From NCBI GenBank assembly GCA_035650735.1, contig DASRGZ010000033.1:1-42546 (forward strand): a DNA stretch of 42,546 bases, given 5' to 3'. Both the position numbers and the translations under genes were made by a program. Positions 16,859 through 25,080 of the stretch are shown here, in pieces. The notes under the pieces were generated by a model, which worked only from the letters and a program-made list of their open reading frames with translations, ran no database searches and had not been told where the DNA came from. The DNA comes from Chthonomonadaceae bacterium (GTDB lineage: Bacteria; Armatimonadota; Chthonomonadetes; Chthonomonadales; Chthonomonadaceae). Position 1 is the first letter of the stretch. Each line of letters opens with the position of its first letter.

Positions 16859-19270
16859 ATGCGGCTGCAACGTAACTCCAACGGACAATCGGTGACGCTG
16901 GACCTGGCCGCGCCGCTCGGCATGGGCGGCGAGGCCCGCATCTACGCCGTGCTCTCGGACGGACAGTTAGCGGCCAAAGTCTATCACAGGCCGACGGAGG
17001 AGCAGACCCGGAAGCTGCGCGCCATGCTTGCCAATCCGCCCGAGACCGCGCCGGAGTCGCCGGGGCAACTGGCCATCGCCTGGCCCGTGGATCTGCTGCG
17101 CGCGATGGATAACGGGCGGCGCGTCGTCGGATATCTGATGCCCCGCGTCTCCGGGATGCACCCGCTGTTCGAGTTCTACAATCCTCTCACCCGCCGCCAG
17201 CACCACCCGCTCTGCAACTATCTGTACCTGCATCGCATCGCCCGCAACCTGACCGCCGCCGTGCGCTCCCTGCACGCGCGCGGCTATGTCATCGGCGACA
17301 TCAACGAGTCCAATATCCTGGTGACCGAGACGGCGCTGGTGACGCTGGTGGATACCGACTCGTTCCAGGTGCGAGACCCGGAGAGCGGCGCTCTCTACCG
17401 CTGCCCGGTCGGCAAGCCGGAATATACTCCCCCGGAGCTTCAGGGCAAGACCTTCCTCCAGACCGACCGCACGCCGGAGCAGGACCTGTTCGGGCTGGCG
17501 GTGCTGATCTTCCTCTTGCTGACGGAGGGCACGCATCCCTTCGCGGGTGTCTATCAGGGCGCGGGCGATCCGCCCTCCTACGATGCGCGCATCCTGGCCG
17601 GGCACTTCCCGTATGGCACGCGGCGCACGCCCTATCGCCCCATGCCCACCGCGCCGTCTCTGGACATCCTGCACCCGACCGTGCGGCAGTTGTTCCTGCG
17701 CTGTTTTGAGGATGGGCACCGGAACCCCCAGGCCCGCCCGGACGCGCAGACCTGGCAGAGCGCGCTGATGGAGGCAGAGTCGGCGCTGGTCGCCTGCTCT
17801 GCCAACGCGCAGCATCGTTATGGCAGCCATCTGAGCGCCTGCCCCTGGTGCGAGCGCAAGGGGCAGCTGGGCGGGCGCGATCCCTTCCCCTCCCTGGAGG
17901 CGGTACAGCGCCGGGAGCACCTGCCCCCGGCTCTGCCCCGGCGCGCGCCCCGGCCCCGCATCCGCCCGGCGCCCACGCCTCCCGCACCATCCCCGACACC
18001 CGCCTACTATGCGGCCTCCGTCGGCGGGTATGCCGCCCCGGCGGCCCCGGCGCTGCCGCCCTACCTCAACCTGCCCTCCAATAACTGGTCGTGGGCAGCT
18101 CTGCTCTTTGCGCTGATCGCGCTGACGCCGGGCATGCACGTTCTGGCGGGAGTAGCGGCGGGCATACTGGGCGTTCTGGGACTGCGGTACGCGCCCCAAT
18201 TTGCGGGCAGCGGGCGGTGGATGGCGGGCCTCTCGCTGGCCTCCGGCACGCTGACCGCGCTGGCCTTTCTGACAGTCACCCTGCTGCAGAACTGGCGTCC
18301 GGCGGACGTGATGACGCTGGCCGGGCATCGCGCCGCCGTGCATTCGCTTGCCTTCTCGCCCGACGGCCAGCGGCTGGCCAGCGGCGGCGACCGGGCCGAG
18401 GACGAGGAGAGCGCCGGCGGCGAGATCAACCTCTGGAACGCGCGCACCGGGGAATTTCTGCGCTCGTTGGCAGGCGCGAAGGGCGGCGTGTACGGGGTCG
18501 CCTTCTCGCCCGACGGCAAGACGCTGGCCGCCGCGACCAACGCGCCTCTGGGCATCAGCGAGATCAAGCTCTGGGACGCGCGCAACGGCCTCTATGAGCC
18601 GCCGCTGTCGGAATATCACTTCTTCCTGCGCGCCCTGGCGTTCTCGCCGGACGGCCACACACTAGCGGCGGGCGGCTGGCAGGAGGCGGAGCGCCGCCGT
18701 ACCTATGGCGCGGTCAAGCTCTGGGACACGCGGGCGGGCGCCGTGACGCAGACCTTCAGCGTCGAAGACGGCGCGGACGTGTTCACGGTCGCCTTCTCTC
18801 CGGACGGTAAATTGCTGGCAGTCGGCAGCGGCTCCTCGGCGGTCTCCGGCATCCTGGGCAAGGTGACGGTCTGGGATGTTGCGACGGGACGCCTAAAGTG
18901 GACGCAGACGCGCCACAGCACCGCCGTGCTCTGCGCGGCCTTCTCCCCCGACGGCAAGACGCTGGCGACCGTCGGCAACGACAACGCGATCCGGCTCTGG
19001 GAGGCGCAGACCGGTGCGCTCCGGCAGACCCTGGAGTCCAAAGGCCCCTGGATCGCCGCCGTGACGTTCTCGCCCGATGGCAAGATACTGGCAAGCGGCG
19101 GCAGCGACCGGGTCGTCCGCCTCTGGAACTTGCAGACCGGCCAGGTCACGCGCGCGTTCGCCGAGCACAGCGGCCCCGTCTACGCCCTCGCCTTCTCGCC
19201 CGATGGCAAGGAACTGGCCAGCGCCGGCCAGGACACGACCGTCGTCCTGCGCCACCTCTCCGCGCGCTAA
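16859..19270 (+). CDS. YegI/TerY-P-type Ser/Thr kinase with CPWC Zn ribbon, TM segments and C-terminal WD40 propeller
   Basis: GMGGEA, AAKVY, IAWP, GDINESNILV, VDTDSFQ, YTPPELQG, C..N..H.Y..H...CPWC; hydrophobic segments; seven AFSPDG-type WD40 repeats. Confidence 0.92.
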   Translation: MRLQRNSNGQSVTLDLAAPLGMGGEARIYAVLSDGQLAAKVYHRPTEEQTRKLRAMLANPPETAPESPGQLAIAWPVDLLRAMDNGRRVVGYLMPRVSGMHPLFEFYNPLTRRQHHPLCNYLYLHRIARNLTAAVRSLHARGYVIGDINESNILVTETALVTLVDTDSFQVRDPESGALYRCPVGKPEYTPPELQGKTFLQTDRTPEQDLFGLAVLIFLLLTEGTHPFAGVYQGAGDPPSYDARILAGHFPYGTRRTPYRPMPTAPSLDILHPTVRQLFLRCFEDGHRNPQARPDAQTWQSALMEAESALVACSANAQHRYGSHLSACPWCERKGQLGGRDPFPSLEAVQRREHLPPALPRRAPRPRIRPAPTPPAPSPTPAYYAASVGGYAAPAAPALPPYLNLPSNNWSWAALLFALIALTPGMHVLAGVAAGILGVLGLRYAPQFAGSGRWMAGLSLASGTLTALAFLTVTLLQNWRPADVMTLAGHRAAVHSLAFSPDGQRLASGGDRAEDEESAGGEINLWNARTGEFLRSLAGAKGGVYGVAFSPDGKTLAAATNAPLGISEIKLWDARNGLYEPPLSEYHFFLRALAFSPDGHTLAAGGWQEAERRRTYGAVKLWDTRAGAVTQTFSVEDGADVFTVAFSPDGKLLAVGSGSSAVSGILGKVTVWDVATGRLKWTQTRHSTAVLCAAFSPDGKTLATVGNDNAIRLWEAQTGALRQTLESKGPWIAAVTFSPDGKILASGGSDRVVRLWNLQTGQVTRAFAEHSGPVYALAFSPDGKELASAGQDTTVVLRHLSAR

Positions 19271-19301
19271 AGCGCTAAAGCCCTATCCGCCCCTCAGAAG
19301 A

Positions 19302-19458
19302 TGCCTCTATCACAAGGGAATAAATTCCCTCGCCCGGTAGCTTAACGGCCCAGTGTCCACCTTCGTGGACACCCAATTGCCTATCGAAAGGGGGTGTCGG
19401 CGTAGGCCGACACTAGGCCGAAGGCCACCCAGCGAAGGGCTTTAGCCCGTCGCCGAGA
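19302..19458. repeat. family-B REPIN-like element
   Basis: TGCCTCTATCACAAGGGAATAAATTCCCTCGC ... AGCGAAGGGCTTTAGCCCGTCGCCGAGA; same ends and internal layout as 1701-1900. Confidence 0.8.
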
Positions 19459-19645
19459 AAAGCCGAGTCTTCTCCTTCTCAAGCCAGACCGGCACAATCA
19501 CGCATTGTTACGAATTCCTCGCCGCAAGCAGGCATGGAAGAACCTTAGCGAGGAGCCGCCTGGAGAGCTGCGCGCGCCTGGAGGGTGAGCCAAGCGCCAG
19601 GGGTAGGAATCTCTACTTTGTGTCTCGTCTTCACAAGGATGCGGA

Positions 19646-20494
19646 ATGATTACCGAGTATATAGCCCATTTTGGCCTGAAGGAAACGCCGTTTGCCCGCA
19701 ACCATGACCCTAAGTGGCTCTACGTCTCCACGCAGCAGAAGGAGGCCATCGTCAAGGCGCGCTGGACCATTCAGGAGCACGGCGGCCTGGCGCTCATTCG
19801 TGGCGATGTTGGGCACGGCAAATCGTTCTTAATTGAATATCTGATGACGGTGTGGCCCCACCAGTTCGGATGGCGCTGCGCCAAGCTGCAAAATACGGCC
19901 ACGATCACAACGCCCCGCGCCCTGCTGGCGGAGGTGCTGGCAGCCTTCGGTCTCGAACCGAGCTGGAATGCGCGGGACATGGCGATCCGCCTGGAAAACT
20001 GGCTCTTAACCAAGGCGTATGAGGACAAGCAGACGGTGGTGCTCTTCATTGACGAAGCGCAATCCCTCGACTCGCATGTCTTTCCGGTGCTGCGCGATCT
20101 GGTCAACCTGGAGGTGCGCGAGCGCATCCTGCTCCAGATCGTGCTGTCGGCACAGCTCAATATAGACCGTAAGTTAACCTACTTTCCGGCACTGCAGAGC
20201 CGCATCGCCTCGGTTTCGACGCTGGAGCCGCTTTCGGCGGGGGAAACGGAGAAAATGCTCCTGCACCGCTTCCGTACCGCCGGGGCCGCTAACTGCCTGG
20301 ATTTCTGCCCCACGGAGACGATGCGGGCCATCCATGCCCACAGCGCGGGCGTGCCCCGCGATATCCTGGTGGTGGCCGAAGCGGCGATGAAGGAGGCGTT
20401 CCTGCAGGGCAGCAACGTGCTGTGCCCGGAACATGTCGCAAAGGCCGTGCGTGATCTGGCGGGCCGCCGCCCACGCCTGGCAAAGGTAGCCTGA
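19646..20494 (+). CDS. ExeA/GspA-like AAA+ ATPase (stand-alone, no C-terminal extension)
   Basis: YIAHFGLKETPF...DP; Walker A GDVGHGKS; Walker B LFIDEAQ; SAGVPRDI. Confidence 0.88.
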   Translation: MITEYIAHFGLKETPFARNHDPKWLYVSTQQKEAIVKARWTIQEHGGLALIRGDVGHGKSFLIEYLMTVWPHQFGWRCAKLQNTATITTPRALLAEVLAAFGLEPSWNARDMAIRLENWLLTKAYEDKQTVVLFIDEAQSLDSHVFPVLRDLVNLEVRERILLQIVLSAQLNIDRKLTYFPALQSRIASVSTLEPLSAGETEKMLLHRFRTAGAANCLDFCPTETMRAIHAHSAGVPRDILVVAEAAMKEAFLQGSNVLCPEHVAKAVRDLAGRRPRLAKVA

Positions 20495-20495
20495 A

Positions 20496-20900
20496 GTGGA
20501 TGATCGAAACAAGCCCTATGATCTGGAGCCGCGCCGGCTCCGCCTGGATCAACTGTTCGAAGACGCCCCGTATCTGTCCCCGACGATGAAGGCGCGCTGC
20601 CTGCATGAGCGGCTGGCCCAGATGCAGGCGCAGGGGATGGCGGCGGAAGTGGTGGTGCAGGAGCCGTTTGGTGAGGAAGACGCCTTTGCCGATGCGCTGC
20701 TGGATGACCTGCGGCGCCCGCACACCGTGCCGACTCCGGCGTCCGTCGAGCGGCCTGCCCCGGAGGCGATGCTGACGCTTGCGGAGGTGGTCCAGTATCT
20801 GCGCGTCATGCGGGCCGTGCCGCACCTGGATCGGCTCTGCCGCTTCCGCGATCAGGTGTTGAAGAGATGGCTGGAGGAGGCGCCGCGCCGCGAAGCCTGA
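20496..20900 (+). CDS. hypothetical protein with degenerate excisionase-like (HTH_17) C-terminus
   Basis: Starts 1 nt after the ATPase stop; C-terminal MLTLAEVVQYLRV...RFRDQVLKRWLEE. Confidence 0.65.
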   Translation: MDDRNKPYDLEPRRLRLDQLFEDAPYLSPTMKARCLHERLAQMQAQGMAAEVVVQEPFGEEDAFADALLDDLRRPHTVPTPASVERPAPEAMLTLAEVVQYLRVMRAVPHLDRLCRFRDQVLKRWLEEAPRREA

Positions 20901-21184
20901 GCGTTGTGCTGGAGGAAATGCGTCGTTTTTCAGAGGTCATGGCTGCGCAGTCCCTCCGCACAGCGGTTAGAGCCTATCCCGCAGGGCACGGTTGTCTTCT
21001 CGCGTGTCTACCTATCGGGAGAGGCCCAGGGCGATTGCGCGAACTGGGTTTCCTATCTCCTCTGAGCGGGCAGGACGATACGCGATGGGGTGACGATGCG
21101 ATGGCCCTGGGAAGAGGCCCTGAGCGCGGACGCCTTATGTGTCTACGGAGAGACGCATACATAGAAAGATAGAAGGATTCGGAA

Positions 21185-22000
21185 ATGATAATCTATGCGA
21201 TAATCAGTCAGAAAGGCGGGGTCGGGAAGACCACCACGACGGTCAATCTCGGCGCGGCGCTGGCCCAGGCGGGCCAGCGGGTCCTGCTGCTGGATCTCGA
21301 TCCGCAGGGCAGCCTGACGCTGGCCGTGGGCCAGCGCGCGCGTCCACTGTCCATTGAGCATGTGCTGCGGGAGCCGGGAGCGATTCTAGGCGCTATTCAT
21401 CCCTGCGCCGGCGGCATGCAGGTAGTCACGGCGGCGGCAACGCTGACCGGCGTCTATATGGAGCTGGACAAGGTGGAGGCTTCCGCCTACCGGCTCGCGC
21501 AGGCGCTCCAGCTCGTCCAGGAGCGCTACGACTATGTCCTGATAGACTGTCCGCCCTCGCTGGGCTACGCCACGACCAATGCGCTGACCGCCGCTCACGT
21601 CGCGCTGGTGCCGCTGCAATGCGAGTTCCTCTCGCTGCGCGGCCTGGCGGATGTACAGGAGATCGCGGCGGTGATTCAGGAGACGACCAATCCCGGTCTG
21701 CGCCTGCGCGTGCTTGGCACCATGTATGACAAGCGCACCATACATACAGCCGACGTGCTCAAAGAGGCGCGCCATGCGCTGCCGGGCCTGGTCTACGAGA
21801 CGGTCATCCCGCGCACCATTCGCCTGGCGGAAGCGCCCGCAACCGGGCTGCCGATCCTGGAATACGCCCCCGACTCCAACGGCACGTATGCGTATCGTAT
21901 GCTGGCACAAGAGATTCTACAGGAGGACAGTATCATTGGAACGACGCGACCATATTCGAGCGGCCATGCAGCGGCTCCTTGTGTCCCCCACGCGGCCTGA
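21185..22000 (+). CDS. ParA/Soj-family ATPase
   Basis: Deviant Walker A QKGGVGKTTT, DLDPQGSLT, YDYVLIDCPPSLG, IPRTIRLAEAP..G.PI. Confidence 0.93.
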   Translation: MIIYAIISQKGGVGKTTTTVNLGAALAQAGQRVLLLDLDPQGSLTLAVGQRARPLSIEHVLREPGAILGAIHPCAGGMQVVTAAATLTGVYMELDKVEASAYRLAQALQLVQERYDYVLIDCPPSLGYATTNALTAAHVALVPLQCEFLSLRGLADVQEIAAVIQETTNPGLRLRVLGTMYDKRTIHTADVLKEARHALPGLVYETVIPRTIRLAEAPATGLPILEYAPDSNGTYAYRMLAQEILQEDSIIGTTRPYSSGHAAAPCVPHAA

Positions 22001-22244
22001 GGGCGCTTCCGGCGCCGCGCCCTCGCGCCAGGTCGCGACTCTGCCAGCGTTCACCGCCGAAGATCAGAGCGCGTTGGCGCTTCCGGAGGCGATGCACTGG
22101 GTGCTGCGCGACCTGCAGGTGACGCTGCGGGATAACGGCATTGAGGCCGCCCCGGCGGAGATCGCCTACGCGCTTATGGAGGCCCTGGCCTATCGTCCTA
22201 GCCTGTGCCGGGGGCTGCTCGCCGCCTATCTGCTGGAGGAGTGA
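21936..22244 (+). CDS. small hypothetical protein (102 aa), putative ParA partner
   Basis: AGGAGGA RBS at 21921-21927, TTG start at 21936 overlapping the parA 3' end: MERRDHIRAAMQRLL...YLLEE. Confidence 0.65.
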   Translation: MERRDHIRAAMQRLLVSPTRPEGASGAAPSRQVATLPAFTAEDQSALALPEAMHWVLRDLQVTLRDNGIEAAPAEIAYALMEALAYRPSLCRGLLAAYLLEE

Positions 22245-22287
22245 GACTCGTGCCGTCTTCTTTCTTCGCACTCACCTTCTGTTAAGG

Positions 22288-22466
22288 CCCTCACCCCCAT
22301 CCCCTCTCCCACGCTGCGGGAGAGGGGAGAGGAGAAGCCTTGTTCTACCCTCATGTTCGCCCTGGTCTGGTGGCTCGGGCGCGGAGGACGCGGGAGAGGA
22401 GAAGCTTTGTTCTCCCCTCCTCCCCGGCCCTTCTCCCTGCAAGGGAGAAGGGGGAAGAGAAGCCGG
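22288..22466. repeat. family-A REP-like composite element
   Basis: Colinear with 1956-2064 (CCTCACCCCC...AGAAGCCTTGTTCT...GGCCCTTCTCCCT.CAAGGGAGAAGGG...AGAAGCCGG) with an internal extra segment. Confidence 0.75.
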
Positions 22467-22763
22467 CATTGTCTCTGCCTGCGTAGGTGGGCAGCGGGCC
22501 TGGCTAGGCCGAGATCGCCAGGCAGAGCCGCGAACCGTTGAGCGGCGTCCCTGGCAGTCGAGCGAGCGCAGCGCCGACCCTGGCAGCGCCCCACAGCGGC
22601 AGGGTTTAGCCTGCCGCGATAGGGGGTGAGGTTCATCGGGGCCGGTGCAGCCCCGGCGCTTTTGTTTGGGAATCTGTTTGTAAAATGCGGAACAAACCGT
22701 TGGAGCCTATGGAAAGGCTGCCCGTCAGAGCGGACGCGCCAGAATGGAGAGGAGGTGCACAGG

Positions 22764-24320
22764 TTGCGCCGCACGTTTTGCTTTGTTGGTTTGAACGCGA
22801 AAATACTTACCGTTCCCCTCGCCGCCTTCTTTGTGGGTCTGCTGCTTCCCGGCGCCGTGGGCTACTGGCTGCTGCAGCGCCAGGCGGAAAGCGCGACGCG
22901 CGACAAGGCGCAGGCGATCCTCCAGACGCTGATGGCGCCGCCCTCCGCCACCGGGGAAGCGCGAACACAATCCGGCAAAAGCTGCCCTGCCGAGATCGCT
23001 AATTTTCCTGCACGGCAGGGGATGCGCGCCTCTGGCGGGGACGGCAAAACGGCGCCGTTCCGCTTCCGCCAGGTGGCGCTGAACCCGGCCAACCCGGCCC
23101 ACCGCGCCGATCCCTACGAGGCATGCCTGATTACCACCTTCGCCTCCCATCCGGAAACCCGGCAGATCGAGGACACGGTGCAGGGCAAGCAGGGCAGTTT
23201 CCAGGTGCTGGCCGTGCCGGTGATCGTCTCCCAGGATCGCTGTCTGCGCTGTCACGGCACGCCCGGCGCAGCTCCGGCGTGGAGGGCGCATTCGTCTGGG
23301 AAGACGGCAGGCTTCGGCTGGAAAAAGGGGCAGGTGGTCGGCGCCTCTATCCTCTACGTGCCCAACGACCTGCCGCGCGCCGGGGCCAGGCAAGCCTTCT
23401 TTACGATTCTGAAGCTGGTCGGCCTGGTCAGCCTGCTGGCCACGGGCCTGCTGCTCTGGCGCACACAGACGCTCATCACGCGCCCCGTCCGTAACCTACT
23501 GACCACCAGCGAGGCGATCCGGCGCGGCGACTGGAAGGCCCGCTTCTCCGCCTACTGGCCGGACGAGCTGGCGGAGCTGGCTACCTCCTTCCAGAACACG
23601 ACGCTCTGGCTGCGGGGGCAGGTTGCCAAGGAAGAGAAGCTGCGCGCGCTGTTCCAGCAGTTCGTGCCGGCTTCGGTGGCGGCGCGCGCGCTGGGCACCG
23701 ACGCGGATCAGTTTCTCACCGGGACCCGTCATCCGGTCACGGTCCTGGTCCTCAACATCCGCAACTTCAAGCTGCTAATGGAGCATCTGCCGCCGGAACA
23801 GACGGTCAGCACGCTCAATGAATTCTTCTGTGCGGTCAACCAGGTCATCGTTGCCAACAAGGGCCTGGTCAGCAAGTACCTGGGCGATAGCGTGGTAGCG
23901 ATCTTCGGGATGCCGATGGGCAACGGGGATCACGCGCTCCAGGCGGTGCGCGCCGCGATGGGCATTCCCTCCGCGCTCCAGAACCTCTACGTCCGGCTGA
24001 GCGAGAGCTACGGCTGGGAACTGGGCGTCGGGATCGGCATCAGCACCGGGGAGCCGATTGTCGGCTACTTCGGCTCGTCGGCGCATATGGAGTACACGGT
24101 GCTCGGCGAGGTGGCGGTCGAGGCGCATCGGCTGGAGGAGGCCACGAAATCCGTTCCGGAAGAGGACACCATTCTTATCAGCGAGGCGACCTATCGCTGC
24201 GTGATGTCCGATGTCCACGTCTATGACTTAGGCGAGCGGGCCGGCGCGGGCGGCAAGCCGATTCACGCCTACGTGGTGCAGGGGTTCCGCTCAGAGGCCC
24301 GCTCGGCGCTGGCGGCTTAG
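22764..24320 (+). CDS. membrane adenylate/guanylate cyclase-like protein: DUF3365 (Tll0287) heme-c sensor + HAMP + degenerate class III cyclase
   Basis: TM; FRQVALNPANPAHRAD..E; CLRCH; GFGWKKGQVVGA; TM; HAMP (ITRPV...DELAELATSF); KYLGD, GIGISTG. TTG start with GGAGG RBS. Confidence 0.85.
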   Translation: MRRTFCFVGLNAKILTVPLAAFFVGLLLPGAVGYWLLQRQAESATRDKAQAILQTLMAPPSATGEARTQSGKSCPAEIANFPARQGMRASGGDGKTAPFRFRQVALNPANPAHRADPYEACLITTFASHPETRQIEDTVQGKQGSFQVLAVPVIVSQDRCLRCHGTPGAAPAWRAHSSGKTAGFGWKKGQVVGASILYVPNDLPRAGARQAFFTILKLVGLVSLLATGLLLWRTQTLITRPVRNLLTTSEAIRRGDWKARFSAYWPDELAELATSFQNTTLWLRGQVAKEEKLRALFQQFVPASVAARALGTDADQFLTGTRHPVTVLVLNIRNFKLLMEHLPPEQTVSTLNEFFCAVNQVIVANKGLVSKYLGDSVVAIFGMPMGNGDHALQAVRAAMGIPSALQNLYVRLSESYGWELGVGIGISTGEPIVGYFGSSAHMEYTVLGEVAVEAHRLEEATKSVPEEDTILISEATYRCVMSDVHVYDLGERAGAGGKPIHAYVVQGFRSEARSALAA

Positions 24321-24349
24321 GCATCATCCTGGCTCCCATTCCAGCCCTT

Positions 24350-24610
24350 CCTGATCTAACCCCCCGGCCCCCACTGCCAGGGTCGGCACTGCAACGGACT
24401 GCAAGGGACGCCGCTCAACGGACTGCCAGGGTCGGGCCTGCCATGGTTGGGGCCACTGCCAGGGTCGGCAGGGTTACGGCCCCTGCCTCCGCCTAGCGAC
24501 ACCTTGCGACACGGCTTTGCCTTGCCACACCCCTCCGCCTGGCGACCCTACAAGGGAAGGGAGGGACCCGACCGGGGATGGTTACAGCCCTCACCCTCGG
24601 CCCCTCTCCT
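24350..24610. repeat. REP-like composite element with internal ACTGCCAGGGTCGG tandem units
   Basis: Homologous to 6052-6168; ACTGCCAGGGTCGG at about 24373, 24423 and 24456. Confidence 0.65.
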
Positions 24611-24621
24611 CTGTCCCTGGG

Positions 24622-24719
24622 TTCCTTTGAGATCCCTGTTCCGGATGCGCCGAAAAAAACTCGTAGACACGGCCCAGAACGCCCCTAAATTCCTTTGAGA
24701 TCCCTGTTCTGGATGCGCC
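24622..24719. repeat. 30-bp direct repeat pair with 38-bp spacer
   Basis: TTCCTTTGAGATCCCTGTTC(C/T)GGATGCGCC at 24622-24651 and 24690-24719 (29/30 identical). Confidence 0.85.
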
Positions 24720-24744
24720 ACCTCCTCAACCAAGGAAAAAGCGC

Positions 24745-24996
24745 CTATCGCGACGTGGGCTGTCCCTGTGCGCTCGTCTCGCGATCCATGTAGTCCGAGG
24801 GCACGCCCGGCGGGACTTTATGGCCCTTGATGATCTTCTCCTGGGAGGCGCCCTCCTCCGTCGGGGCGGGAGGCGCGGGGGGAGGCCCGAACACATGCAT
24901 CCCGATAAAGACGAGGATGCCGGCCAGGACGACGAAACAGGCGGCGATGATGAAAGGACTGACCGGCTGTTTTTCGGGGCGAACTTGCGGTTTCAC
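24745..24996 (-). CDS. small single-TM hypothetical protein (83 aa)
   Basis: KQPVSP + hydrophobic helix + Pro-rich tail; AAGGAG RBS; same layout as 3186-3428. Confidence 0.72.
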   Translation of the reverse strand: MKPQVRPEKQPVSPFIIAACFVVLAGILVFIGMHVFGPPPAPPAPTEEGASQEKIIKGHKVPPGVPSDYMDRETSAQGQPTSR

Positions 24997-25080
24997 TCTC
25001 TGGACTCCTTTCTGTTCACCCGGCCTTGATAGACCGAATTGGGAGGGCAGACACAGCGGCCTGCCCCTACCTGCCGAACC

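Noticed and set aside
16967..18658. Long antisense and alternate-frame ORFs (e.g. 563 aa here; 27200-28357; 32139-33197; 35702-36967)
   Set aside because: Shadow ORFs of well-supported genes in high-GC DNA, with no recognisable motifs.
11650..19620. ECF-sigma-like words (GGAACTT near 11680, GAAAC..CGTA near 14960, GGAAT..CGTC near 19605)
   Set aside because: Spacing is inconsistent and motifs are short; chance occurrence is likely.
19646..20494. ATPase as TnsC/TniB of a transposon
   Set aside because: No adjacent DDE transposase or element ends; the N-terminus is ExeA-type.
20867..21172. 101-aa ORF between the HTH-like gene and parA
   Set aside because: Overlaps the upstream gene, RBS spacing is poor and composition is not protein-like.
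24622..24719. Calling a bona fide CRISPR array
   Set aside because: Only two repeats, no leader or cas genes in the window; kept as a repeat and a finding.
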